Positions 10,236-22,972 of a DNA stretch of 58,281 nt are shown one piece after another. The translations under genes and the position numbers were made by a program. Origin of the DNA: Gammaproteobacteria bacterium. GTDB lineage: Bacteria > Pseudomonadota > Gammaproteobacteria > UBA9214. Position 1 is the stretch's first letter. Each line of letters starts with the position of its first letter. The notes under the pieces were generated by a model. It was given only the letters and a program-made list of their open reading frames with translations. It was not told where the DNA came from and ran no database searches. The stretch spans positions 1 through 58,281 of the forward strand of contig JBATIF010000204.1 of the NCBI GenBank assembly GCA_049667605.1. Direction: 5' to 3'.

Positions 10236-11079
10236 GGCGATAACAAGTTGGGAGCCAGTCGTCAGGATCGCTATGTTTTTCGGGGTTTTCGCGGCAATGG
10301 CTGTCTGGGAGATGCTCGCGCCGCGTCGTCCGCTCAGCCAGCCAAAACCGCTGCGCTGGCTGAATAATATTTCACTGGTGATGATAAATACGTTGCTCCT
10401 GCGACTTGTTTTTCCCGCTGCAGCAGTGGGTGTGGCGGACCAGGCAATACAGCAGCAATGGGGGCTGTTCAACCAGCTTGAGGCTCCTTTTCTGGTGGCC
10501 ACAGTGATCTCGGTCATTATTCTCGACGGCGCTATCTATCTGCAGCATGTGATGCTGCATGCGGTCCCTGCATTATGGCGCCTGCACCGTGTTCATCACG
10601 CCGACCTCGATTTTGACGTCACCACCGGATCGCGCTTCCACCCGCTGGAAATACTGTTATCCATGTTGATCAAGTTTGCTGTCATCCTGCTGCTTGGGCC
10701 GCCGCTGCTTGCCGTGGTGATATTCGAGGTATTGCTGAATGCTACCTCGATGTTCAACCACAGCAATGTTCGCTTGCCATTGCCAATAGATCGAATCCTG
10801 AGATTGTTTATTGTCACCCCGGACATGCACCGTGTACATCATTCGCATCTTCAGCATGAAACCAATAGTAATTTCGGTTTCAATCTGTCCATCTGGGACC
10901 GCCTGTTTGGAACCTACCGCGACCAGCCACAGGACGGGCATGCAGGAATGACAATCGGTATCGACACCTTCAGGGATCCCGTGCAATGCGTAAAACTTCC
11001 CGGCCTGTTGCTGATGCCCTTTATCGGCAGGGTAACGGACTACGCCATCAACCGTCGACGCCGGGATAGCGATGAATAG
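10228..11079 (+). CDS. fatty acid hydroxylase / sterol desaturase family membrane protein
   Basis: Di-iron histidine boxes are present (HRVHHAD, HRVHHSH) within 4-5 TM segments. ATG at 10228 overlaps the dusA stop (ATGGATGA). The ORF opens earlier, at 10159. Confidence 0.8.
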   Translation: MDEAITSWEPVVRIAMFFGVFAAMAVWEMLAPRRPLSQPKPLRWLNNISLVMINTLLLRLVFPAAAVGVADQAIQQQWGLFNQLEAPFLVATVISVIILDGAIYLQHVMLHAVPALWRLHRVHHADLDFDVTTGSRFHPLEILLSMLIKFAVILLLGPPLLAVVIFEVLLNATSMFNHSNVRLPLPIDRILRLFIVTPDMHRVHHSHLQHETNSNFGFNLSIWDRLFGTYRDQPQDGHAGMTIGIDTFRDPVQCVKLPGLLLMPFIGRVTDYAINRRRRDSDE

Positions 11080-11737
11080 CCCGCCTGAGAACATGCGACG
11101 TATTGGCTTGCTGCTAATCCTTGCAATTGGCATTGGCACTGCCCTTGTATACCGCGAGCACATCTCCGTTGCAGCGCTCGAACAGTGGCTCGGTCAGCTC
11201 GGCTGGGCAGCACCCCTGGTTTTTATTGCGTGCTACGCGATAGCCACCGTGTTTTTCATGCCGGGGCTGTTATTCACCCTTGCAGGGGGAGCATTGTTCG
11301 GGCCGGTATTCGGCACCCTGTATAACCTGGCAGGCGCCACCCTCGGAGCCATGCTTGCCTTTCTGGCGGCACGCTATATCGCCAGTGACTGGGCAACACG
11401 GCGTGCCGGCAAACGTTTGCGGCAACTGGTTGAAGGTGTCGAAAACGAGGGCTGGCGCTTTGTCGCATTTGTGCGGCTGGTGCCACTGTTTCCTTTTAAT
11501 GTGCTTAACTATGCGCTTGGCCTGACAAGAATCAGGCTGCTTACCTATGTCGTTACATCCTTTGTCTTCATGGCTCCCGGTGGCGCCGCTTATACCTACT
11601 TGGGTTATGCCGGACGCGAACTGGTTGCCGGTGGTGAGGACATTGTCAAGAAGGCGTTGCTGGCAATTGCGGTTGTTGCGACCGTTGCCTTTGGTTCGCG
11701 AATAATTATGCGCTTGCGGCGCAACAGGACAGGCTAG
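11072..11737 (+). CDS. TVP38/TMEM64 (SNARE-associated, DedA-related) family membrane protein
   Basis: The family motif is present (FMPG...LAGGALFG ... RLVPLFPFNVLNYALGLT). The start overlaps the upstream stop by 8 nt. Confidence 0.85.
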   Translation: MNSPPENMRRIGLLLILAIGIGTALVYREHISVAALEQWLGQLGWAAPLVFIACYAIATVFFMPGLLFTLAGGALFGPVFGTLYNLAGATLGAMLAFLAARYIASDWATRRAGKRLRQLVEGVENEGWRFVAFVRLVPLFPFNVLNYALGLTRIRLLTYVVTSFVFMAPGGAAYTYLGYAGRELVAGGEDIVKKALLAIAVVATVAFGSRIIMRLRRNRTG

Positions 11738-11747
11738 GACTATTCTC

Positions 11748-12434
11748 ATGGGCAGGAAGCAGGATCTGGTGGTCATTGGCGGGGGTCCGGGTGGGCTGGT
11801 TGCCGCGGGCCGGCGCCCGTGTATCCATAATACGGGGCTGGAACAGGCCGGAGTAGTGTATGGCAAGAAAGGTATTACGGTTGACCGCCGTCTGCGCACA
11901 TCAAGAAAACACATTTTCGCAGTAGGCGATGTCGCCGGTCCATACCAGTTTACCCACATGGCTGAATACCAGGCGGGTATTGCCCTTGCCAATATCGTGT
12001 TTCGCATCCCGAAAAAGACCGATTACCGGGTTGTCCCGCGGGTTGTTTATACTGACCAGGATGTGGCTGCCGTTGGCCTTACGGAAGTAGAAGCAGACGA
12101 GCAGGGTATCAGCTATCAGCTGGCCCGCTTCAATATGCAGGATGTGGATCGCGCTTTTACCGACGGAGAACAGGCAGGGTTTTTGAAGATCCTGATCAGC
12201 AAGGGTCGCGTCCTTGGGGCTGCTCTGGTTGGCGCACAGGCCGGGGAATTGATCCACGAGCTTGCACTGGCCATGAAAGTTAACGCGAAAGTAAAGGATA
12301 TTGCCGAGCTGGTGCATGCCTACCCGAATTACGCACAGGTTCACCGGCGTACAATCAACAGCAGCTATTCACATTTATTGAAGGCAAGAAAAGTACGCTT
12401 CCTGGTCGGCTTGCTGAACAGGATTGTTCCATGA
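11748..12434 (+). CDS. pyridine nucleotide-disulfide oxidoreductase remnant (internal in-frame deletion; likely non-functional)
   Basis: The N-terminal FAD dinucleotide fold (DLVVIGGGPGGLVAAG) runs directly into the late FAD motif (IFAVGDVAG) and the C-terminal dimerisation domain (...HAYPNY). The redox CxxxxC and the whole NAD(P)H domain are missing. Confidence 0.75.
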   Translation: MGRKQDLVVIGGGPGGLVAAGRRPCIHNTGLEQAGVVYGKKGITVDRRLRTSRKHIFAVGDVAGPYQFTHMAEYQAGIALANIVFRIPKKTDYRVVPRVVYTDQDVAAVGLTEVEADEQGISYQLARFNMQDVDRAFTDGEQAGFLKILISKGRVLGAALVGAQAGELIHELALAMKVNAKVKDIAELVHAYPNYAQVHRRTINSSYSHLLKARKVRFLVGLLNRIVP

Positions 12435-12454
12435 TAATCAGCGGGTAAACGATA

Positions 12455-13420
12455 ATGCATGCAACCCTGCCATTGTTGATCGAGAGCGATTTTCCAAAAA
12501 TCAGTCGCGGCCGCCTGGAAACCCTGCAGGTGAATCTTGGCTACAAGTGCAACCAGTCGTGTTTGCACTGCCATGTCAATGCGGGTCCCGGACGCACCGA
12601 AATGATGGACAGGGATACACTCGATGCAGTGATCCGCTTTTTGGATACATCAAACGTCAGCACGGTTGATCTCACCGGCGGAGCCCCGGAGATCAGTCCC
12701 CTGTTCAGGGATATCGTCAGCGCTGCGACAAGCCGCGGGATGACTGTCATAGACCGTTGCAACCTGACCATCCTGCTCGAGCCCGGGCAGCAGGATACGG
12801 CGAATTTTCTTGCCAGGAAAAAGGTTAAGATAGTTGCGTCATTACCCTGTTATATAAAGGAAAATGTCGACACCCAACGCGGTGACGGGACGTTCGAGGC
12901 AAGCCTGGAAGCACTGCGTTTGCTGAATGGGCTTGGCTACGGGCAGGCGGGCTCGGGACTGGAGCTCGACCTGGTATTTAATCCCCAGGGTGCGGTCCTG
13001 CCGCCGCCGCAGGATACGCTGCAGCAGGATTACAAAAAGCACCTGGAAGATGAATACGGTATTTATTTCAACCGGCTGCTGACGCTGGCGAATATGCCCA
13101 TCAAGCGATTTGGCAGCACGCTGGTAAGCAAGGGGAAATTCGCAGCCTACATGGCGTTATTGCGTGGTGCTCACAGTGATACAAACCTGTCCGCCGTTAT
13201 GTGCCGCTCGTTGATCAGTATCGACTGGCAGGGATACGTCTACGATTGTGATTTCAACCAGATGCTCGATATTCCGACGCAGCTTGAGAAGAAAACCAGA
13301 TTGCATATATCAGACCTGCAGGCTGACCATCTGACCGGTACGCCGATCAGGGTTGCGGATCATTGTTACGGCTGTACGGCGGGCCAGGGGTCGGGTTGCA
13401 GTGGTGCGCTTGGCGGATGA
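12455..13420 (+). CDS. arsS: arsenosugar-biosynthesis radical SAM protein ArsS (radical SAM/Cys-rich domain family)
   Basis: The radical SAM CxxxCxxC motif is present (GYKCNQSCLHCHV). The Cys-rich C-terminus reads HCYGCTAGQGSGCSGA, which is characteristic of this family. The gene sits next to an arsM-like methyltransferase and the two partner transferases. Confidence 0.82.
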   Translation: MHATLPLLIESDFPKISRGRLETLQVNLGYKCNQSCLHCHVNAGPGRTEMMDRDTLDAVIRFLDTSNVSTVDLTGGAPEISPLFRDIVSAATSRGMTVIDRCNLTILLEPGQQDTANFLARKKVKIVASLPCYIKENVDTQRGDGTFEASLEALRLLNGLGYGQAGSGLELDLVFNPQGAVLPPPQDTLQQDYKKHLEDEYGIYFNRLLTLANMPIKRFGSTLVSKGKFAAYMALLRGAHSDTNLSAVMCRSLISIDWQGYVYDCDFNQMLDIPTQLEKKTRLHISDLQADHLTGTPIRVADHCYGCTAGQGSGCSGALGG

Positions 13421-13447
13421 GTGAGAAATTACACCAGGAGAATTTAC

Positions 13448-14539
13448 ATGACTATGAATGTTGAAAGCAGTGTCCGCGAGCGGTATTCAGAAGGTGCCAG
13501 GGAGCGGCAGGAAGCCCTGTGCTGCCCGGTGGATTATGACTCGGGGCTGCTGGCCATGCTGCCGGATGAGATAATCGAAAAGGACTATGGCTGCGGCGAC
13601 CCTTCACGCTACGTGCAGACAGGTGACGTCGTGCTTGACCTTGGTTCGGGCGGCGGCAAGATTTGCTACATGGCTGCACAGCTGGTCGGCAAGGGCGGCC
13701 AGGTGATCGGTGTCGACATGAATGATGACATGCTCGCACTGGCACGCAGGCACCAGCAGGAAATGGCAGCGAGGCTGTGCGATGATCGTGTTCGTTTTAT
13801 CAAGGGGCACATACAGGATCTTGCACTGGATATCGAGGCCCTGGAGAAATATCTGGCCACGAACCCGGTCCAAAGTCACAAGGACTTCGGTGCACTCAAG
13901 CACTGGGAAATGCGCCAGCGTAAGGAGAACCCGCTGATAGCGGATAATTCCGTTGACCTGGTGATTTCCAACTGCGTCCTTAACCTGGTATCTGACGAAG
14001 AAAAGCAACAGCTTGTCAGTGAGATATTCAGGGTCCTGAGACCGGGTGGCCGTGTAGCCATATCCGATATCATCAGCGATCAAACCATTCCGCTGTCGAT
14101 GAAGAATAATCCCGAGCTATGGAGCGGGTGTATTTCCGGCGCTTTCGAAGAATCGGAGTTCCTGCAGGTGTTTGCTGACTGCGGTTTCCATGCGCCCTGC
14201 TATGACAAGTGGGATGCCCGCCCCTGGCAGGTTGTAGAAGGGATTGAATTTCGTTCGGTGACACTGACGGCAGTAAAACCGGCCCAGCTGTCCGGCCGAC
14301 ACAATGAAGCCAGCGTGATATATCGGGGCCCTTTTGCCGAGGTTACTGATGACGCGGGTAACTGCTACCAGCGTGGTAAGCGGGTGCCGGTCAATGGCCA
14401 CACCCATGACCTGCTTACCGGGCATGCCTACAAGGGATATTTTATAAGCCTTTCTCCCGGGGCTGAAACAGCTGCCTGTTGTGAAGGCGAACAGCAAGCC
14501 GCCGCAGCGCAACAGTCTCGTGGCAATAGCTGCTGTTAA
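13448..14539 (+). CDS. arsM: arsenite S-adenosylmethionine methyltransferase ArsM-like
   Basis: The SAM motif I is present (VLDLGSGGGKICY). Cysteines sit in the expected ArsM contexts (CCPVDYD, DYGCGDP, SNCVLNLV, SGCISGA). ATG at 13448 follows AGGAGA. The ORF opens at GTG 13421. Confidence 0.8.
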   Translation: MTMNVESSVRERYSEGARERQEALCCPVDYDSGLLAMLPDEIIEKDYGCGDPSRYVQTGDVVLDLGSGGGKICYMAAQLVGKGGQVIGVDMNDDMLALARRHQQEMAARLCDDRVRFIKGHIQDLALDIEALEKYLATNPVQSHKDFGALKHWEMRQRKENPLIADNSVDLVISNCVLNLVSDEEKQQLVSEIFRVLRPGGRVAISDIISDQTIPLSMKNNPELWSGCISGAFEESEFLQVFADCGFHAPCYDKWDARPWQVVEGIEFRSVTLTAVKPAQLSGRHNEASVIYRGPFAEVTDDAGNCYQRGKRVPVNGHTHDLLTGHAYKGYFISLSPGAETAACCEGEQQAAAAQQSRGNSCC

Positions 14540-15227
14540 TCCAAGGATCAGTATTGTCATTCCCACCCTGAACGAGGAGGGCTGCATCGCCCGCACGCTT
14601 GAAAGGCTGCAGGCCATGCGTCAGCGTGGTCATGAACTTATCGTGGTCGATGGTGGCAGTAATGATAATACTGTGGCTGTCAGTACTGCATTCGCCGACC
14701 GGCTTATCCGCGCACCGCGGGGCCGGGCGAGTCAAATGCGTGCCGGTGTTGCCGTGGCGAATGGCAGCGTCATCTGGTTGCTGCACGCCGATACGCTCCC
14801 CGTGAATGGTGCGGACAGGCTTATCCTCGGATGTTTATCCCGGCCCGCTGTGCAGTGGGGACGTTTTAACATCGAGTTTTCCGGTGAACGCCGCGTCTTT
14901 AAAATGATTGCCTTGTTTATGAATTTACGCTCCCGGCTAAGCGGTATTGCCACCGGTGACCAGGGAATATTCCTCGCGCGCGAACTCTACGAGCAGGTTG
15001 GCGGAATTCCGGATATTCCCCTGATGGAAGATGTCGCACTGAGCCGCAGACTGAAACGCTATTCCCGCCCGGCTGTTGTCAGGCAAAAACTGACCTCATC
15101 GCCCCGGCGCTGGGAAAAGCACGGCATAGCAAGGACCGTCCTGAAGATGTGGGTGCTGCGGTTTGCATACTTTGTCGGTATTGACCCGGTGCGGCTGGCA
15201 AGATACTACGCCGTTGACAAGCCATGA
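14481..15227 (+). CDS. family-2 glycosyltransferase, rSAM/selenodomain-associated type (TIGR04283-like)
   Basis: ISIVIPTLNEE is followed by VVDGGSND (GT-A fold). The start is either ATG 14481 (59-nt overlap with arsM) or in-frame GTG 14520. Confidence 0.8.
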   Translation: MKANSKPPQRNSLVAIAAVNPRISIVIPTLNEEGCIARTLERLQAMRQRGHELIVVDGGSNDNTVAVSTAFADRLIRAPRGRASQMRAGVAVANGSVIWLLHADTLPVNGADRLILGCLSRPAVQWGRFNIEFSGERRVFKMIALFMNLRSRLSGIATGDQGIFLARELYEQVGGIPDIPLMEDVALSRRLKRYSRPAVVRQKLTSSPRRWEKHGIARTVLKMWVLRFAYFVGIDPVRLARYYAVDKP

Positions 15228-15877
15228 AGTATCCGCACGCCAGGATCCTGGTATTCAGCAAGGCGCCTGAACCGGGCCGGGTCAAGACCAGGTTGATAGC
15301 GACGCTTGGTGCAGGCGGTGCGGCAGATCTCTATCGCGAGCTGCTCTGCTCCACGCTGGAGATGGTGACCGGTTCTGCCTTATGCCCGGTGGAACTGTGG
15401 TGCAGCCCGGCCATGGCGGATCCCTTTTTCGAGCAATGCAGGCAGCAATATGCAGTCCAGCTGCATGAGCAAGTCCAGGGTGATCTTGGCGGCCGCATGT
15501 CACATGCACTGCAAGCCGCGGGAAAACCCGAACAGCCGGTGCTGCTGATTGGCGCTGATTGCCCGACATTATGCGCTGCTGACCTGGATGAAGCGTTGAC
15601 CTGGCTTGAACGGGATGCCGGCGTTGTACTCGGTCCCGCCGAAGACGGCGGTTACTACCTGATCGGCATGCGCGGACGCTATCCGTATGTATTTGACGAT
15701 GTCCCCTGGAGTACCCCGGCAGTACTGGAGTTGACCAAGGCCCGCCTTCAGCAGCGGCGGGTTAAATTGCACTGCCTGACGCGGCGCCGTGACCTCGATA
15801 CGGCAGATGACTATCGTGCCTGGCTGGAATGCTGCGGCAATGTCATTAACGGGCTCCCGCCCGGGGTGCCGCTATAA
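15224..15877 (+). CDS. DUF2064 / TIGR04282-like nucleotidyl- or glycosyl-transferase-like protein (arsenosugar cluster partner)
   Basis: The protein has ILVFSKAPEPGRVKTRL and GGYYLIG motifs. There is an ATGA overlap with the upstream gene. Confidence 0.8.
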   Translation: MKYPHARILVFSKAPEPGRVKTRLIATLGAGGAADLYRELLCSTLEMVTGSALCPVELWCSPAMADPFFEQCRQQYAVQLHEQVQGDLGGRMSHALQAAGKPEQPVLLIGADCPTLCAADLDEALTWLERDAGVVLGPAEDGGYYLIGMRGRYPYVFDDVPWSTPAVLELTKARLQQRRVKLHCLTRRRDLDTADDYRAWLECCGNVINGLPPGVPL

Positions 15878-16008
15878 TGCGCCGCGGACGTAATTGTTCT
15901 TTAGTACTGGCACACGCAGGAAATGTGTCCTATATTCGGCACTATAAATGCTTGCTGGCATTTGAAACCAAAATATAACTTGAGTCCGCTAAGGACAAGG
16001 GGTCAATC

Positions 16009-16524
16009 ATGAGAAGGCTTTATTTCCTAATTCCCGGTGTAGAGAGTGCAAAAACCATTGTCGACGAGTTACTGCTTGCCAGGATAGAGCAGCGTCATAT
16101 ACATATTGCCGCGGCCGATCATCACGCCCTGCTGGAAGCCAACCTGCCGGAAGCAAACCTGTTGCAGGAAAGTGATTTTGTTCCCGCGGTTGAACGGGGT
16201 GTTGCCATTGGTGGCGCTACCGGCATCCTTGCGGGTATTGCAGCGGTTGCTCTTCCGGGCGTCGGCCTGGCGCTTGGCGGGGGTGCAATCCTGGGTATCG
16301 GTCTTGCCGGTGCCGGCGTCGGCGCCTGGATGTCCGGCATGATCGGTATTTCTGCACCGAGTACGCGTTTGAAGGATTTTGAGAAGGCGATCGAGGAGGG
16401 CAATCTATTGATGATGGTGGATGTACCCAAGACCAGGGTCGAGGAAATGACCGAGTTGGTCAAGAAACATCACCCTGAAGCACACGTCGAAGGAACCGAG
16501 CCGGTTATCCCCGCGTTTCCCTGA
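16009..16524 (+). CDS. hypothetical membrane protein with glycine-zipper segment
   Basis: The 171-aa protein has a central GxxxG-rich hydrophobic region (GVAIGGATGILAGIAAVALPGVGLALGGGAILGIGLAGAGVGAW) flanked by soluble ends. A good SD-like AAGGACAAGGGG lies upstream, and a terminator follows. Confidence 0.6.
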   Translation: MRRLYFLIPGVESAKTIVDELLLARIEQRHIHIAAADHHALLEANLPEANLLQESDFVPAVERGVAIGGATGILAGIAAVALPGVGLALGGGAILGIGLAGAGVGAWMSGMIGISAPSTRLKDFEKAIEEGNLLMMVDVPKTRVEEMTELVKKHHPEAHVEGTEPVIPAFP

Positions 16525-16552
16525 TTACGGGTTTAACAAGTAGACTTTACAA

Positions 16553-16578
16553 GGCGGCAGGAAACTGCCGCTTTTTTT
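16553..16578 (+). terminator. rho-independent terminator
   Basis: GCGGCAG-GAAA-CTGCCGC hairpin followed by TTTTTTT, 29 nt after the stop at 16524. Confidence 0.8.
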
Positions 16579-16579
16579 A

Positions 16580-17119
16580 CTACAGGTCCAGGCGGCGCGT
16601 TTCCACGTCAGCTTCGGCGTGTTCCCAGACTTCCATGAAGTATTTCCCCAGATCCCGGGCCATACCCGGATTGTTAATACTTGCACTGCATTCAAAGCGT
16701 CCCGGCGGCGGGCAAAGCAGGTAACCCGCCCGGTCATTCAGCAGGATCGTTTTCTGGAAGTCGCGGTGCTGGGGTGCCGGTCGCCGGAACTGAATCTGTG
16801 AACTCATGCGACGTGCAAGTTCGATCAAGCGGTTACTCTGCTGTATGGCCTTGCGTCCATCCTGGACCAGGATCAGGAAACGCGCCTCATGGTGATTCAG
16901 TACAAATCGGGTTACCGCGTCCAGGAAAGGACGTTGATCGAAAATAGCGGCTTCCAGGTTCATGGTATGAAGCAGCAGGTTGTGATTCGCCTGCCGGGCA
17001 ATTTCAACGGCTGTTGTGCGGATATCATCCCGTGACTGGAGAAACCTGTCCCCGCCTGTCTGGCCGGCTGCGGACATGCCGTCATCCGGACCGGCGGCCG
17101 TTTGTTCGTGTTTCTTCAT
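16580..17119 (-). CDS. hypothetical protein
   Basis: The 179-aa ORF has normal composition and is convergent with the previous gene. No family is recognised. Confidence 0.55.
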   Translation of the reverse strand: MKKHEQTAAGPDDGMSAAGQTGGDRFLQSRDDIRTTAVEIARQANHNLLLHTMNLEAAIFDQRPFLDAVTRFVLNHHEARFLILVQDGRKAIQQSNRLIELARRMSSQIQFRRPAPQHRDFQKTILLNDRAGYLLCPPPGRFECSASINNPGMARDLGKYFMEVWEHAEADVETRRLDL

Positions 17120-17329
17120 TGTTTTCCCCCAGGATCGCTATATTTATCAACACTAAACAGTATCATCCATATTGGCGCTGTTTTACAGTCCGGACCATTC
17201 CCCGCACGGACGAGGTGCAGGCGCGCTGTCCGCGATCTAACTGTAAGACCTTTGTACAATTGAATTTATTGCCAGAATCATCAATTATTTACTTCAATAC
17301 TGGCAACCCGATACCACAGGTAAAAAACA

Positions 17330-17512
17330 ATGAATGATCGAAGAATAATAGCCGACCGGCGGATCGCAGGCCTGGCCGCAGCAGAGCTGGACGATCTGCA
17401 TAATCGTCGGCAGCGACCGGACCGGCGCCTGAACAGCATATGCGCCGAATGGATCCCGCTGGAAGACATCAAGCTGCATCCCGCAACCCGGCTGGTGTTC
17501 AGCAGGCGCTGA
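17330..17512 (+). CDS. hypothetical small protein with repeated (D/N)RR motifs
   Basis: The 60-aa ORF reads MNDRRIIADRRIAG...HNRRQRPDRRLN. It sits in an otherwise empty 550-nt gap and has a weak RBS. Confidence 0.3.
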   Translation: MNDRRIIADRRIAGLAAAELDDLHNRRQRPDRRLNSICAEWIPLEDIKLHPATRLVFSRR

Positions 17513-17671
17513 GATGTTCTGAAGCGGTTTCAGATTTCCTGCCCGGCGGCGCCTTGCCGGGTAGTCTCGACGTGTTTCCCGGAACTGTCAGGTAGCGCCT
17601 GTGTCTTACAGGAGAACAGGCATTTTCCCGTTTTTTCCCGGATCGGCTATTCATTAAGGTTCATTCTCGGG

Positions 17672-18118
17672 ATGAATCTTTTTCGGGATATTCAGGCAAT
17701 GAAGACAGATTGCATATTGATTCGTGTTGCAGCGCTTGTGGTGTTGGTGGTGCCGCTTAAAACTCTTGCAGAAGAAGTGTACAGCTGGACTGGTGATGAC
17801 GGACAAGTGCATTTCAGTGACCGTGCGCCGCAGCATGGACAGGCAGAAATAAACACTATAACTCCGGCTTCCGGTAAGGCCTCTCCATATAGTGAAAGGG
17901 GTTTGCGTGCTGCAGAGCACAAGTTGCTGGAACAATCACGGCGCCGTGAGAAGCAGGGCATGCAGGCCAGGCGTCTGTTTGTAAGCAGGCATGCGGCAGT
18001 GAAGTCGAGCTGCAGTGATGCAAGGCTGCGCTATGATCAAGCAAAGAGGAAGCCGGGTGCTGCAAAGTCGCCGCGAGTCAAGGTTTACTACGAACAAATG
18101 AGAGAGCGTTGTCGCTGA
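17672..18118 (+). CDS. DUF4124 domain-containing protein
   Basis: A signal peptide is followed by VYSWTGDDGQVHFSDRAP, the DUF4124 hallmark. An alternative start is ATG 17699 (MKTDCILIRV...). Confidence 0.72.
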   Translation: MNLFRDIQAMKTDCILIRVAALVVLVVPLKTLAEEVYSWTGDDGQVHFSDRAPQHGQAEINTITPASGKASPYSERGLRAAEHKLLEQSRRREKQGMQARRLFVSRHAAVKSSCSDARLRYDQAKRKPGAAKSPRVKVYYEQMRERCR

Positions 18119-18169
18119 TGCAGACAATTCCCCGGCACGGTTTTCGCAGGGACAACTGAATTTACCAGG

Positions 18170-22233
<4,064 letters not shown>

Positions 22234-22345
22234 GCAAACTCCTGACGATCTGCTGCTGGACTCAGCCACGCTGGTATATTCGAGGCCACGAAAAGCCGCG
22301 ATTATACACTGAAATATCGTGAGTGGTCCGTGTTGCGCGGACCTG

Positions 22346-22972
22346 TCAGGATATCTTCTGCAACTGCTCCCGTGCACAATCAAGCAACTGCCTGCGCTGA
22401 AAAATGAGCCTTAACCGGGTGCCTCCTGACTGGCGCAACAGGACAGCAGAACGAATGCCGGCGAGCAGCAGGGCGCGCACCATGTTTTTGCTGTCGGTGT
22501 TGCCAAGTACTGTCGGTTCGCCATTGACGAGCAGTCTGGGTGTCAGGGTACTGATGGTCTGTTTATAGGTATCCGCCAGCATGGCAATGACCGGCGCCTG
22601 AAACTCTTTTTCCGGCTCGCTGAGTTGCTTGCATGTCTCGATTCCGGAGCGAATCAGTTGCAGCAGATGCGGCTGCCTTTTCAGCCTGTTCTCCAGGTGA
22701 ATAAGTGTTACGGCATAACGGGTCAGTTCTATATCCCGGCTGTTATCGACATTGCCAAGTTGCCGAACCAGCACTTCCAGGCCGGTGCCAATGCCTGTAA
22801 TGCCGCCGTAAACATCCTCTATGTTTGCAGGGTCAATGTTGAAGATGCTGTTGAGACTGGCTGCAGTCGACTCACTGTCGCGCGGTTCGCCGCGGGCCGT
22901 TTGCTGCACCAGCCTGGCTGCCTGGAATATGCCGGCAAGTGCAAGGGTGCGGGAATAGACAGACTTGCTCAT
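22346..22972 (-). CDS. hflD: high frequency of lysogenization protein HflD
   Basis: [16 protein letters not shown] and [16 protein letters not shown] blocks match HflD. The position between purB and mnmA is as in enterics. Confidence 0.85.
   Translation of the reverse strand: MSKSVYSRTLALAGIFQAARLVQQTARGEPRDSESTAASLNSIFNIDPANIEDVYGGITGIGTGLEVLVRQLGNVDNSRDIELTRYAVTLIHLENRLKRQPHLLQLIRSGIETCKQLSEPEKEFQAPVIAMLADTYKQTISTLTPRLLVNGEPTVLGNTDSKNMVRALLLAGIRSAVLLRQSGGTRLRLIFQRRQLLDCAREQLQKIS

Noticed and set aside
11270-12007. 245-aa minus-strand ORF spanning the TVP38 gene and the reductase remnant
   Set aside because: It is antisense to two sense ORFs with clear family motifs. It is Pro/Arg/Cys-rich with no recognisable domain.
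14481-14539. 59-nt overlap between arsM and the next transferase as evidence of a frameshift or fusion
   Set aside because: An in-frame GTG at 14520 gives a conventional ~20-nt overlap and leaves ISIVIPTLNEE near the N-terminus as usual for GT2 enzymes. No frameshift is needed.
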